The translations under genes were made by a program, and so were the position numbers. Positions 9,901-19,187 of a DNA stretch of 64,000 bases are shown here, piece after piece. Source of the stretch: Candidatus Poribacteria bacterium. GTDB lineage: Bacteria; Poribacteria; WGA-4E; JAJDTR01. The stretch's first letter is position 1. Each line of letters opens with the position of its first letter. A model generated the notes under the pieces. That model was not told the DNA's origin and searched no databases. It saw only the letters and a list, made by a program, of their open reading frames with translations. The stretch is from contig CBDCTK010000002.1 in assembly GCA_965222225.1 (NCBI GenBank), positions 288,001 through 352,000 of the forward strand, read 5' to 3'.

Positions 9901-10180
9901 CACCGAGGCGGAACGCGATGAGGTGAAGGATGTATCGCGCACGTTGCTTGAGACGCTTAAACGCGAGAAGCTAGTTTTAGATTGGCGCAAGAAGCAGCAA
10001 TCGCGCGCCGATGTCAGGCTGACTATCCATAAAATCCTTGACGAACTGCTGCCGGAGTGTTACTCGAAAGAACTGTATAATCAGAAATGCGAAGCCGTTT
10101 ATCAGCACATCTACGATTCCTATTACAGTGATGACAGTAGTGTGTATACGATGACACACCGCGAATCTCGTTTAATTTAA
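6992..10180 (+). CDS. hsdR: Type I RM restriction subunit HsdR
   Basis: Nuclease motif RRPD...NGIPLLLMEFK, helicase Walker A HTQGSGKS, DESHRSQY, FTGTP, TGFDVP and QTIARANR; 1062 aa. Confidence 0.97.
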   Translation: MQNPYSEDQLIEQPAIGLLVELGWERLDCFDEFSQVGGSPLGRETKSEVVLTSRLRPALRRLNPDASDAAVDSAIEELTRPRSAMSLAAANREIYELLKDGVRVTVSDPDGEEELVEVLRVIDWSSPANNDFLAASQMWIAGETYQRRPDLIGFVNGIPLLLMEFKRIDEPVYSAYHDNLRDYKDTIPHLFWYNALIIVSNGSESRFGGFTASWEHFAEWKRVSSEEEQGASSLETMLRGLCDHERLLDLIENFTLFMEAQGGLIKLIAKNHQYLGANNAIRALRGIESNRGKLGVFWHTQGSGKSVSMIFFAQKVLRKIPGNWSFVLVTDRVELDNQLYKNFADCSGVVIGQEVHAESVVHLRQLLSEDHRYIFTLIHKFQTRAGEEHPVLSDRSDIIVITDESHRSQYDTLALNMRTALPNAAFIAFTGTPLIAGEEKTRQVFGDYVSIYNFKQSVEDGATLPLFYENRVPALQLTNEDLNEELEGILEDAELDEAQESKLEKEFSREYNLITREDRLDAIAKDIVSHFMGRGYRGKAMVISVDKATTVKMYDRAQAHWKGYLGGLRAELDSTTSPDLRDPLAAKIQYMDETDMGVVVSQSQNEIDDLRQKGVDIVPHRRRMVNEDLDTKFKDPDDPFRIVFVCSMWSTGFDVPSCSTIYLDKPQRNHTLMQTIARANRVFRDKVNGLIVDYIGVFRHLEKALATYGGEDDTEGGNPIVDKLKLVEMLREAIVEINAFCMGIGVDLFAIDEAEAFEKTELIDDAVNKIVTNDPTKREYLQLAANLARLYKAILPDSRAQNFVATCTLVDIIGKKIRKLTASADISDVMGEVEALLDRSVAPEGYVIEEREHEWETDKLIDLSEIDFEALRERFRTKRKHIEAEKLRVAIKGKLTQLVHVNRTRMDFQEKFEEMIAEYNDGRIKVDLHFDELIRLAEALNEEEQRAVGERLTEEELTLFDYLTRSEENLTEAERDEVKDVSRTLLETLKREKLVLDWRKKQQSRADVRLTIHKILDELLPECYSKELYNQKCEAVYQHIYDSYYSDDSSVYTMTHRESRLI

Positions 10181-10245
10181 GCGGGGCGGCAGAAACTCAT
10201 CTACGACCATCGAATCGAAAGTAAAATCATCTCATTGCGGGTTCT

Positions 10246-10327
10246 GTAGGAGCGAGTTTTTCTCGCGAATTTGGAAATTTACCTCGCGAATTGAGACTTA
10301 CAAAGCTTGGTGTGCAGTGCACACCCT
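10246..10327. repeat. REP-like palindromes downstream of hsdR
   Basis: GTAGGAGCGAG-TTTTT-CTCGCGA (10246-10268) and GGTGTGCAGTGCACACCCT (10309-10327). Confidence 0.65.
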
Positions 10328-10447
10328 CTCTTAACCTGTGTTACACCTCGCCAACAATCGACCCTACCCCAAGTCTGACCTCTCCCACGCTGAAGGCTAG
10401 AATCTTCTGAATGCTCCACCTAATGTCCACAGCAGACAAACTGTCAA

Positions 10448-10476
10448 TTGCATAAATCCACAACTTCAACTATAAT
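10448..10476 (+). promoter_or_regulatory. Sigma70-type promoter for the PAP2/LMF genes
   Basis: TTGCAT-17 nt-TATAAT, about 65 bp upstream of the ATG. Confidence 0.6.
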
Positions 10477-10540
10477 ATCGGACGAATAACGCGCCACGCC
10501 GCATGAGACATCGTGATGGCCTCGTCTCGTCAAAAAATCT

Positions 10541-11389
10541 ATGAGTTCCCTTAATCTTTTACCGTCCGACTGGATTACGACACTCTATCTCGCTGTCTCC
10601 AGCGTGTTGATGCTTATTTTTCACAGAAACCTGGCACGCTGGTATATCTTCCTGTCCATCCACATAGCAGCAGTCTTGGGGATACTTTCGCTTCATTTCG
10701 TCCCCGGCCCGCTGTCACCCCTGCTTCAGTTCGCGCGTGATTGGTACGCACTCGCAACCATCCTGCTCTTTTATTGGGGGGTTAAACCGCTGACGCAGAT
10801 GGTCTTTCAGGGCATGTTCGACGATTGGATTGTCCGATGGGAAAATCGCCTCTTCAAAGGGCAGCCGAGTACGTATCTGAGCGCACGTTTCCCGTCGGTT
10901 GCCCTCTCGGAGTATCTTCACCTCTGCTATCTTAGCTATTACTTCATCCCCGTTTTCCTGCCGACCATGCTCTATTTTCGTGGAAAGGGCGAGGCATTCT
11001 TTGAAACGTTGTTCGCTGAACTGTTCACATTCAACCTTTGCCTAATCTGGTATATTGTTTTTCCTGTCGCAGGACCTCGCTACAATTCGGAAAAAATTGA
11101 TGAGTCCCTGTCCAGTCGTCCCTTGTGTAGGTTGACACATGCCATCCTTTCCCGCGCTTCCACGAAAGGCGCGGCGTTTCCAAGTTCTCACTCCGCGCTC
11201 GCGATAGTCGTTCTTCTCTGCGGGGCGCGCTACGATCTCGTCAGTTTCGTCATTTTATTTCCATTTTGCACCGGGTTAGTGGTCGGCACGGTCTACGGTC
11301 GGTTTCATTATGCGTTGGATGCGGTTGCAGGAGTGCTCCTTGGGGTTTTAACCTTCGGGCTTTACCCAATCGTTTACCGATGGTTCTGA
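10541..11389 (+). CDS. PAP2-family membrane phosphatase (IPC-synthase-like)
   Basis: Multiple TM helices with FPVAGPR, AFPSSH and YGRFHYALD motifs. Confidence 0.85.
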   Translation: MSSLNLLPSDWITTLYLAVSSVLMLIFHRNLARWYIFLSIHIAAVLGILSLHFVPGPLSPLLQFARDWYALATILLFYWGVKPLTQMVFQGMFDDWIVRWENRLFKGQPSTYLSARFPSVALSEYLHLCYLSYYFIPVFLPTMLYFRGKGEAFFETLFAELFTFNLCLIWYIVFPVAGPRYNSEKIDESLSSRPLCRLTHAILSRASTKGAAFPSSHSALAIVVLLCGARYDLVSFVILFPFCTGLVVGTVYGRFHYALDAVAGVLLGVLTFGLYPIVYRWF

Positions 11390-11393
11390 GGCA

Positions 11394-13265
11394 ATGGATG
11401 AAGAGATGCGAGTGAACAATCCGCCAATTCAACCCCTTGTGATTTACGACGCCGATTGTGATTTTTGTCGTTTCTGGATTGCTCGCTGGCGGCACGTGAC
11501 GGGAGAACGTGCCGATTACATCTCGTCTCGGGAAGTCGGTGACCGATTCCCCGAGATCCCGCACGAGCATTATCAAAAGGCAGTGCAACTGGTAAATCCT
11601 GACGGCGAAGTCTTTTGCGGCGCCGAAGCCGTTTTTCGCGCATTCGCACACAACGCGCGCCGACGATGGGTATTGGGGTTGTATCAGCGTCTGCCGGGAT
11701 TTGCCCTCATCACCGAGGCGGTATACCGTTTTATCGCGGGACACCGCAAGTTTTTCTCGGCGTTAACGCGCTGGGGTTGGGGGAATCAGCCGATACGTCC
11801 GACGTTCTTCTTGACACGATGGCTGTTCCTCCGACTACTCGGCGTCATTTATCTCGTTGCTTTTCTGTCGCTCTGGACTCAGATTGATGGCTTGATAGGG
11901 AGTGACGGCATTTTGCCCGCCGAGCGATACCTGAGTGCCGTCCGCGAACAGGTCGGTCTTGAGCGGTATTTAGCCTTTCCAACGCTGTGCTGGCTTAACG
12001 ATAGCGATGCCTTTCTACATCTCTTGTGCGGCGGTGGCGTGTTTCTGTCGTTGCTGTTGATTGTCGGGATTGCGCCGGTTCTCGCGCTAACCGGCTTGTG
12101 GGTGTTCTACCTCTCGCTGGTGAGCGCCGGACAGAGTTTCCTTAGTTTCCAGTGGGATGCGTTACTGCTGGAAACCGGTTTTCTCGCAATTTTTTTCGCG
12201 CCGCCGCAAATTCTGCCCGGAATCTCGCGAGAACCGGTGCCATCGCCTGTCGTGTTATGGCTGCTCCGCTGGCTGCTGTTTCGGCTGATGTTCGCTTCCG
12301 GTGTCGTGAAGTTGATGAGCGGCGACCCGACATGGAGTAACCTTACCGCGCTCAATTTTCATTATGAAACGCAGCCGCTCCCAACGTCCCTAGGTTGGTA
12401 CGTCCATCACCTGCCCGAGTGGATTCAGAAGGCCTCCGTGGCAGGGATGTTCGGGGTTGAGATTGTCGTTCCGTTCCTCATCTTTGCACCGCGCCGCCTG
12501 CGATTTCTTGGGGCGATCGCCCTTGTGGCGCTGCAACTCCTAATCGCCGCAACTGGAAATTACTGCTTCTTCAACCTGTTAACGGTCGCACTCTGCGTTT
12601 TATTACTTGACGACGTCATGTTGCGCCGCTGCTTCCCATCCCGGATTGCCAAGAGGTTGACGCTGCCTTCCGCAATAAGTCTTACGCAAAGGTGGAAGCT
12701 CCCGCTCATTGGCGTTTTGGCGGCGTTCATACTACTGGTGAGCGGAATTCGGATGACTGGGACATTTCTGTGGCGCGAGGGGTTTCCGCCGGTCGCTCAA
12801 GGCGTTCTGAAGTGGGTCGCCCCATTTCGTGTAGTAAACAGCTATGGGCTCTTTACTGTGATGACCACTTCTCGACCCGAAATCGGGGTTGAAGGCAGCG
12901 ACGATGGAAGGACGTGGAAGGAGTACAAATTCAAATGGAAGCCTGATGAACTGAACCAGGCACCGCGTTGGGTCGCGCCCCACCAACCGAGACTGGATTG
13001 GCAAATGTGGTTCGCGGCGCTTCGCGGAAACTGCCAGAATGCCCCGTGGTTCGTCAAATTCATGATACGTCTGCTACAGGGATCGCCCGATGTGATCGAG
13101 CTACTGGAGAAGAATCCGTTTCCTGAAACGCCGCCGCGATATGTTCGCGCTGTCCTCTACGACTACCGGTTCACCGACCTGGAGACAAAGCGAGAAAAAG
13201 GGACATGGTGGAAACGCGAGCGGCGAGGACTATATTGCCGCCCGATTGCACTACGCCCGAATTGA
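11394..13265 (+). CDS. DCC1-like thiol-disulfide domain fused to a lipase maturation factor (LMF) domain
   Basis: N-terminal YDADCDFC, followed by LMF motifs FQWDALLLETGF, HYETQPLP, YGLF and PHQPRLDWQMWFAAL. Confidence 0.9.
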   Translation: MDEEMRVNNPPIQPLVIYDADCDFCRFWIARWRHVTGERADYISSREVGDRFPEIPHEHYQKAVQLVNPDGEVFCGAEAVFRAFAHNARRRWVLGLYQRLPGFALITEAVYRFIAGHRKFFSALTRWGWGNQPIRPTFFLTRWLFLRLLGVIYLVAFLSLWTQIDGLIGSDGILPAERYLSAVREQVGLERYLAFPTLCWLNDSDAFLHLLCGGGVFLSLLLIVGIAPVLALTGLWVFYLSLVSAGQSFLSFQWDALLLETGFLAIFFAPPQILPGISREPVPSPVVLWLLRWLLFRLMFASGVVKLMSGDPTWSNLTALNFHYETQPLPTSLGWYVHHLPEWIQKASVAGMFGVEIVVPFLIFAPRRLRFLGAIALVALQLLIAATGNYCFFNLLTVALCVLLLDDVMLRRCFPSRIAKRLTLPSAISLTQRWKLPLIGVLAAFILLVSGIRMTGTFLWREGFPPVAQGVLKWVAPFRVVNSYGLFTVMTTSRPEIGVEGSDDGRTWKEYKFKWKPDELNQAPRWVAPHQPRLDWQMWFAALRGNCQNAPWFVKFMIRLLQGSPDVIELLEKNPFPETPPRYVRAVLYDYRFTDLETKREKGTWWKRERRGLYCRPIALRPN

Positions 13266-13368
13266 ATCTGACACCAATAGCACCTGCGCCACGCGGTTTG
13301 TAGCAGCGATTCCCTTCCTTGCGCGCCCGGATCGAAGTTAAAGTCAGACTCAGTGATTGTATCAAGCT

Positions 13369-13390
13369 GTAGGGTGGGCACTGCCCACCA
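13369..13390 (+). repeat. GTAG-type REP
   Basis: GTAGGGTGGGCACTGCCCACCA, the reverse complement of 6834-6855. Confidence 0.8.
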
Positions 13391-13454
13391 TTTCAAGTGC
13401 TCTCTCCAGACCCATTGAGATGAGACTCTTATCGAAAGACTTTAGGAGGTAATT

Positions 13455-14258
13455 GTGCCAAACAAGAAAGATCCTGATCGCAGCCATTTCCTATCAGTTG
13501 CCTTGGAAGCGACGTCTAAAGCTGAAACCGTCATAATGGATTACTATTCGGGTCGCATTGCATCAGAGCTAAAAGCCGATGGAACACCTGTAACGGTAGC
13601 GGATACCGAAGCCGAACGGATTATCATAGAAACCATCGCGAACGAATTTCCCGATCACGGATTCCTGGGCGAGGAATCGGGAGTTACGCACTCAGCCTCT
13701 CCGTATGTATGGATTATTGATCCGATTGATGGGACGAAAAACTATATACGGCATATCCCGTTGTTCGCGACGCAGATTGCCCTCATGAATGAGGATAAAC
13801 TCATCTTAGGGATTTCCAACGCCCCCGCAATGGGCGAACTGCTTTGCGCCGAGAAGGAGTGTGGCGCGTTTCTGAATAATCGACGGATAAATGTTACGAA
13901 TGTTGGTCAGTTTGATGAGGCGATGATTTGCCATGGCGGGCTCAAGTATTTCAACGAAAAAGGCATATTGGCGAACCTGTTCAACCTTGCAAACGATGTG
14001 CATCGTACGAGAGGATTCGGTGATTGCTACATGTATCACCTGTTGGCTTCCGGTCGGGCAGATGCCGTGATTGAGGCGGCAATCAGCATTTGGGACATCG
14101 CGGCGCTGACCGTAATCGTAGAGGAAGCTGGCGGGACGGTTACGAACCTGCGGGGCGAGCCTATTGACAAGAACACGGATTCGATACTCGCTACCAACGG
14201 ATTCTTGCATCAACAGATCTTAACCCGGTTTGAAAAAACACTCAACGACACTGTATGA
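13455..14258 (+). CDS. hisN: Inositol monophosphatase family, histidinol-phosphatase-like
   Basis: KADGTPVT.AD, GEE, WIIDPIDGT, RGFGD and WDIAA motifs. RBS AGGAGG precedes the GTG. Confidence 0.75.
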   Translation: MPNKKDPDRSHFLSVALEATSKAETVIMDYYSGRIASELKADGTPVTVADTEAERIIIETIANEFPDHGFLGEESGVTHSASPYVWIIDPIDGTKNYIRHIPLFATQIALMNEDKLILGISNAPAMGELLCAEKECGAFLNNRRINVTNVGQFDEAMICHGGLKYFNEKGILANLFNLANDVHRTRGFGDCYMYHLLASGRADAVIEAAISIWDIAALTVIVEEAGGTVTNLRGEPIDKNTDSILATNGFLHQQILTRFEKTLNDTV

Positions 14259-14278
14259 ACATCTGAGATTGTTGTTTT

Positions 14279-14311
14279 AGAAACCGAGTTTTTCCTCAAA
14301 ACTCGGTTTCT
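14279..14311. repeat. Intergenic inverted repeat / hairpin
   Basis: AGAAACCGAGTTTT-TCCTC-AAAACTCGGTTTCT, perfect 14-bp stem. Confidence 0.7.
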
Positions 14312-14346
14312 TCCGCACAACATGAACAAGGAGGGAGACGAACGCT

Positions 14347-15237
14347 ATGCCGTTAAGAACTGTTGGAATTCTAAGCCCGGGTGATATGGGACATACCGTC
14401 GGGAGAGTGCTTGGAGAACACGGTTTGCATGTAATCGCCTGCATCCAAGGACGGAGCAGGCACACACAATCTCTGGCGGAGAGCGCAAATATCACAGTCG
14501 TGCCAACGTATCAGCAGCTCGTGGCCGAGTCGAACCTTATCCTGTCAATCCTCGTGCCTGCCCAAGCCAAGACTGCTGCCGAGAGCATCGCAGAGGCGCT
14601 TGGCGAGACTAAAACGGAACTCGTTTACGCCGATTGCAACGCGATTGCTCCACAGACTGTGCGCCAGATTGATGAAATCGTTACCGCCGCGGGAGGCAAT
14701 TTCGTGGATGCTTCAATCATTGGTCCGCCGCCCAAAAACGAAGGGTCAACACGGTTCTATGCTTCCGGGGGGGACCTTCACATCTTTCAGGAATTAAGCC
14801 ACTTTGGACTCGATATCCGCCCGCTGGGCACCGAGATCGGTTTGGCATCGGCAATTAAGATGTGCTACGCTTCGATGACAAAAGGCTTAACCGCGCTTTG
14901 CACGGAACTCCTTACCGCAGCAGAGATTTTGGGTGTCTCAGAAGCGCTTGGAGTGGAGTTCAAGTTAAGCCAATCGGCACTTTACGAGCGCATGGAACGG
15001 AGTCTGCCGTCAATGCCGCCGAAATCACGACGCTGGATTGGCGAAATGGAGGAAATCTCGGCTACGTTTGAGCATGTGGGCTTGACGCCAAATATTCTCG
15101 CCGGAGCAGCCGATATGTATCGATTGGTCGGTGAAACGCATCTTGCAGATTTATCGCCCGAGGACGCCGAGTCGTATCCAACACTTGGAGAAACGATCTC
15201 GATTTTGGCAGAGCACCTGAAGAAACAGGATGCGTGA
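14347..15237 (+). CDS. NAD(P)-dependent oxidoreductase, 6-phosphogluconate/3-hydroxyisobutyrate dehydrogenase-like (DUF1932)
   Basis: GILSPGDMG Rossmann motif, DCNAIAP, SIIGPPP, KMCYA and RWIGEMEEI. Confidence 0.85.
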   Translation: MPLRTVGILSPGDMGHTVGRVLGEHGLHVIACIQGRSRHTQSLAESANITVVPTYQQLVAESNLILSILVPAQAKTAAESIAEALGETKTELVYADCNAIAPQTVRQIDEIVTAAGGNFVDASIIGPPPKNEGSTRFYASGGDLHIFQELSHFGLDIRPLGTEIGLASAIKMCYASMTKGLTALCTELLTAAEILGVSEALGVEFKLSQSALYERMERSLPSMPPKSRRWIGEMEEISATFEHVGLTPNILAGAADMYRLVGETHLADLSPEDAESYPTLGETISILAEHLKKQDA

Positions 15238-15427
15238 TTGCCTGTTGCAATCATGGGACGGCACAGGGCCCGTCCCCTACGGTCAAGTACAATTACGCTA
15301 GAATTTCAGAATTGCTTGCACTTCATCGTATGTTGGGATATAAAATAATGGGATATTGTTACAAAGGGTCGAGAAGTCTTGCTAGGTTTCGCCTTTCTCA
15401 TTCACTACTACAAACCGAACAACGTAA

Positions 15428-15587
15428 GAGCCTGTTTGAAAAGTAAAGTTTGTAGGGTGCGATCAAAGGAATGAATAATGACTGCGATAGAGATCCTACA
15501 GGTATGTAGCAGCCAACAATGAAAACATGAGAAAACTTTCTACAAATGACCAAAAATGGCTTTGCCACCGATTATTCAAACAGGCTC
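15428..15587. mobile_element. 160-bp MITE with IS5-like ends
   Basis: 13-bp TIR GAGCCTGTTTGAA / TTCAAACAGGCTC flanked by a direct TAA repeat (15425-15427 and 15588-15590). No coding capacity. Confidence 0.75.
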
Positions 15588-15634
15588 TAAATCTTATGCG
15601 TAAAATTCTTAGTTGAATTGCTATAGTTAAAAAA

Positions 15635-18600
15635 TTAAATCTTTATCTGTTCCACACCGATTGTTGCAGCTTCCCCATTAACCTTCTGTGATTTCACAAA
15701 AGAGGATTCACCGGACGAATCTGCAACGTGCTTCGTCAGCGTTTCGCGAGTGATATAATCCCGGTGAGCGTTGAAGGCTTCATGGACGATCGGTGTTGAT
15801 TTCAGACTCAGCGAAATCCGATCAGAGATGTTGAAATCTGCTTCCTTGCGCATCTGTTGGATTTTGTTGACCAACTCTCGTGCGAAGCCTTCAAGCGTTA
15901 GTTCATGGGTCAACTCTGTCGAAAGTGCGACGAATTTCTGCGCGTCCGCCTCGACCATGTACCCCTCGCGAGGCTGAGAACGTACCTCAACGTCTTCTTT
16001 CTCCAATGTATATGTCACGCCATTTGCCTCGATTTGCAGCTCGTCGGTTGCGTCAAGTTCATTCTTGAGCGCGAATGCGTCCGTGCCTCTTACGGCTTTT
16101 GCGATCGCCTGAACGGCTTTCCCGTATTTCGGACCAAGTTGCTTGAAATTCGGGTTCACTGTATAGGTTGCGTATTCGCCGATTTGGTCGCTGAAGTCGA
16201 TTGTCTTGACGTTCAATTCATCAAGAATGAGCTCCGACAATCGCTCCACAGCGGATATTTGCTCGTCCGACAAACCGCCAATCGCGATCGATCCGAGCGG
16301 TTGGCGGGTCTTAATCGCCGAGTGATTGCGAGCTGCGCGCCCTAGGACAATAAGATCGCGCACTAGTGCCATATCGTCTTCTAGTTGTTCGTCGATCAAT
16401 GTGTTGTCGGCAACCGGATAATCGGAAAGATGAACGCTTTCGGGTGCATCGGAATCGACTGAACCCACTAGATTGCAATATATTTCCTCCGTGGCGAAGG
16501 GAATGAACGGTGCGAGTAGACGGCTGTAAGTCACCATGACGTGATACAGTGTCAAGTAGGCGGATTCCTTGTCCGCATCGGCTTCCGACTTCCAGAAGCG
16601 GCGTCGACTGCGCCGCAGATACCAATTCGACAGATCGTCCAGAAAAACCTCAACGGCGCGGCAGGCGCCATCCGGTTCATATCGCTCCAGTCGATTGGTG
16701 ACTTCTATGATAGTGGCTTGAAGCCGCGATACCAGCCAGCGATCCAAAAGATTGTCAGGTGTGCCAAATTTAACAACAGAATCTGCTGTCGGCTGCCAAC
16801 CATCGACATTAGCGTAAGTAACAAGAAAGCTATACACATTCCACAACGGGATAAGAAACTGGCGTCGAACTTCATCGGCGTTGTTGAATCCAAACGCCAA
16901 GTTCTGCTCCGGGTTAGCAATGCAATACAGCCAGCGCATAACATCCACGCCCATTTTTTCGGCGGCATCGTCAAACCAGATCGCGTTTCCCCAAGACTTG
17001 TGCATCTCGCGTCCGTCCTCTGCGAACAGGGTCGCGTAGCTAAAATTGTGCTTGAAGGGCGCGTGCCCCTCCATCACTGTACTCATAGCGATGAGCGAAT
17101 AGAACCAGTTCCGAAACTGTCCGGGGAAGCTTTCGCTAATCAGATCGGCGGGGAACCACCGTTGCCAGTAGTCGCGGTCGGTGCGGTACTGCATCGTACT
17201 GAAACTAACGCTTCCGGCATCCAACCATGGGTTTCCAACATCCGGGATGCGCGAGACCGTGGAACCGCAATTTGTGCAAGCAATCTTTACCGCGTCGATC
17301 CAGGGTCGGTGTGGTGTGTGTCCCTCGAATTCATCCCAACCTTCGACCGCGCGTTCCTTGAGTTCCTCCGCACTTCCGATTACATCGAAGTGACCGCATT
17401 CCACGCATTCGTAGATTGGGAGCGCCAACCCCCAGTATCGTTTCTTGGAGATCATCCAATCATGCATGTTGCGCAACCAATCCAGTTCGCGGGCGAGGCC
17501 GAAATCCGGATACCATTTGGTTTCATTGAGAACAACCTCCATCATCTGGTAACGTACATTCTGTTCCTTCTCCTCGTCGGTGACCTGTTCGTAAGGTTTG
17601 TCTAGTTGCTCCCCCATCGAAATGTACCACTCATCCACGAGACGGAACACCAACTCATCCTCGCAGCGCCAGCACACCGGGTAGCGATGGGTATAGTCTT
17701 CGAGCCGATAGACGATGCCTTTCTGTTTGAGGTTCTCAAAGATTTCCCCCGCTACGGTGTGAACTTGACGGGCTGTCAACCAGTCAAACCCATCATTATA
17801 AATTCCTCCGGGGCCCAGAGGCGCGATAACGACGAGATCGTGTTGCTTGCTCAACTCAAAGTCTTCCGCGCCGCAGCCGGGTGCAATGTGGACGATGCCC
17901 GTTCCTTCGGCTTCACCCACCTCGTTCCACAAGATAACACGATGCTGTGCCGCTGCTCCCGAAGTTTCTTGCGCGGGCAATTCGTCAAATGGTCCGTCAT
18001 AAGCCCAGCCCTCCAAAGCTGCGCCCTGTTTTTCGGCGATGACCCGATACGATCCGCGGATAGCGTTTTCCACTGCACCCTCGCTCAACCAGAAACGCTG
18101 ATTGTCCTGTTCGACGAGAAGATAGGTCAAATCCCGATGCACCGCCGCCGCGACATTGCTAGTTAACGTCCATGGGGTTGTCGTCCAAACCAGCAGACTT
18201 TCACCGGGGCGGTCGCGCAAGGGGAAGCGAAGAAAGATACTGGTATGTGTCAAGTCGCGGTAGCCATCGGTGGCGATTTCGTGTTGGCTAATTCCGGTAT
18301 CACAACGCGAACACCACGGCATGACGTCGGTGCCTTTGTAAATCCAACCGCGTTCGAAACATCTCTTCAGGATTGTCCAAATTGTATAATTGTTTTCGTT
18401 TGAAAAGGTGAAATAAGAACCACCTAACTCCGGTAGTCCGAGCCTCCCGACAATCTGTTCAACTGTGTCTGTTACGGGACCTTGCGGCCCTTCCACGGTG
18501 ATTACCTGTGAGGGATCTATCGCCATTTTGGATTCGAGTTCACGTAGCAATTCCGGATCGTTCCAATCCATCCAGTATCCCAATCGAATCGATTGCTCGG

Positions 18601-18994
18601 TTTGCGTAGCCGCGTGCCGGAGCACCTGTCGTTTGCAGGCATTCACGAATTTCGCCAACCCGTAGGTTTCGATGTCCTTTTTGGATTTGAATCCCATGTC
18701 GCGCTCGACATTGACCTCGATCCACAATCCTTGGCAATCAAACCCGTTCTGATACCTTGATTGGTAACCCTGCATCGCCTTGAAACGATGAAACAAATCT
18801 TTGTACGTTCGTCCCCACGCGTGATGGACACCCATCGGGTTATTGGCAGTAATTGGACCATCGATAAAACTCCAACGCGGCGCATTGCGCCGTGCTGTTT
18901 TTAGTCGATCAAAAACCTTACTATCACGCCAAAAGTCTAAGATTTCGTGCTCTTGCGCAATGAAATTGACGGAATTGGGTACATCTTTGAACAT
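15635..18994 (-). CDS. ileS: Isoleucine--tRNA ligase (type 2)
   Basis: DGPITAN, HHAW (HIGH variant), GFDCQG, WTTTPWTL, GTGIVHIAP, EMHKS (KMSKS variant), WYLRRSRRRFW and a C-terminal domain. RBS GAGGAG precedes ATG 18994. Confidence 0.97.
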   Translation of the reverse strand: MFKDVPNSVNFIAQEHEILDFWRDSKVFDRLKTARRNAPRWSFIDGPITANNPMGVHHAWGRTYKDLFHRFKAMQGYQSRYQNGFDCQGLWIEVNVERDMGFKSKKDIETYGLAKFVNACKRQVLRHAATQTEQSIRLGYWMDWNDPELLRELESKMAIDPSQVITVEGPQGPVTDTVEQIVGRLGLPELGGSYFTFSNENNYTIWTILKRCFERGWIYKGTDVMPWCSRCDTGISQHEIATDGYRDLTHTSIFLRFPLRDRPGESLLVWTTTPWTLTSNVAAAVHRDLTYLLVEQDNQRFWLSEGAVENAIRGSYRVIAEKQGAALEGWAYDGPFDELPAQETSGAAAQHRVILWNEVGEAEGTGIVHIAPGCGAEDFELSKQHDLVVIAPLGPGGIYNDGFDWLTARQVHTVAGEIFENLKQKGIVYRLEDYTHRYPVCWRCEDELVFRLVDEWYISMGEQLDKPYEQVTDEEKEQNVRYQMMEVVLNETKWYPDFGLARELDWLRNMHDWMISKKRYWGLALPIYECVECGHFDVIGSAEELKERAVEGWDEFEGHTPHRPWIDAVKIACTNCGSTVSRIPDVGNPWLDAGSVSFSTMQYRTDRDYWQRWFPADLISESFPGQFRNWFYSLIAMSTVMEGHAPFKHNFSYATLFAEDGREMHKSWGNAIWFDDAAEKMGVDVMRWLYCIANPEQNLAFGFNNADEVRRQFLIPLWNVYSFLVTYANVDGWQPTADSVVKFGTPDNLLDRWLVSRLQATIIEVTNRLERYEPDGACRAVEVFLDDLSNWYLRRSRRRFWKSEADADKESAYLTLYHVMVTYSRLLAPFIPFATEEIYCNLVGSVDSDAPESVHLSDYPVADNTLIDEQLEDDMALVRDLIVLGRAARNHSAIKTRQPLGSIAIGGLSDEQISAVERLSELILDELNVKTIDFSDQIGEYATYTVNPNFKQLGPKYGKAVQAIAKAVRGTDAFALKNELDATDELQIEANGVTYTLEKEDVEVRSQPREGYMVEADAQKFVALSTELTHELTLEGFARELVNKIQQMRKEADFNISDRISLSLKSTPIVHEAFNAHRDYITRETLTKHVADSSGESSFVKSQKVNGEAATIGVEQIKI

Positions 18995-19040
18995 CCTTTT
19001 CTCCTCGGTATGTTGCATGACCTAAAACCGGTTTTCTAAC

Positions 19041-19076
19041 AAAAAAACCCACCACCGAATCTGTTTCGATGATGGG
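19041..19076 (-). terminator. Attenuator terminator hairpin upstream of ileS
   Basis: On the minus strand, CCCATCATCGAA-ACAGA-TTCGGTGGTGGG followed by seven T. Confidence 0.85.
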
Positions 19077-19139
19077 CATTGGTATTTTATGATGACAATG
19101 GAATCAGGTTTATAGCTTGTTCATCAGCCCACCATCGTG

Positions 19140-19187
19140 CTACGGTATAATGATAATCAAGCTAGCAAACCCAATGGAAGTAAGCAT
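19140..19187 (-). CDS. ileS leader peptide MLTSIGFASLIIIIP
   Basis: ATG CTT ACT TCC ATT GGG TTT GCT AGC TTG ATT ATC ATT ATA CCG TAG, with four consecutive Ile codons. May extend in frame to GTG 19241. Confidence 0.8.
   Translation of the reverse strand: MLTSIGFASLIIIIP

Noticed and set aside
16541-18166. Long + strand ORFs (354 and 186 aa)
   Set aside because: Antisense shadows of ileS with no recognisable motifs.
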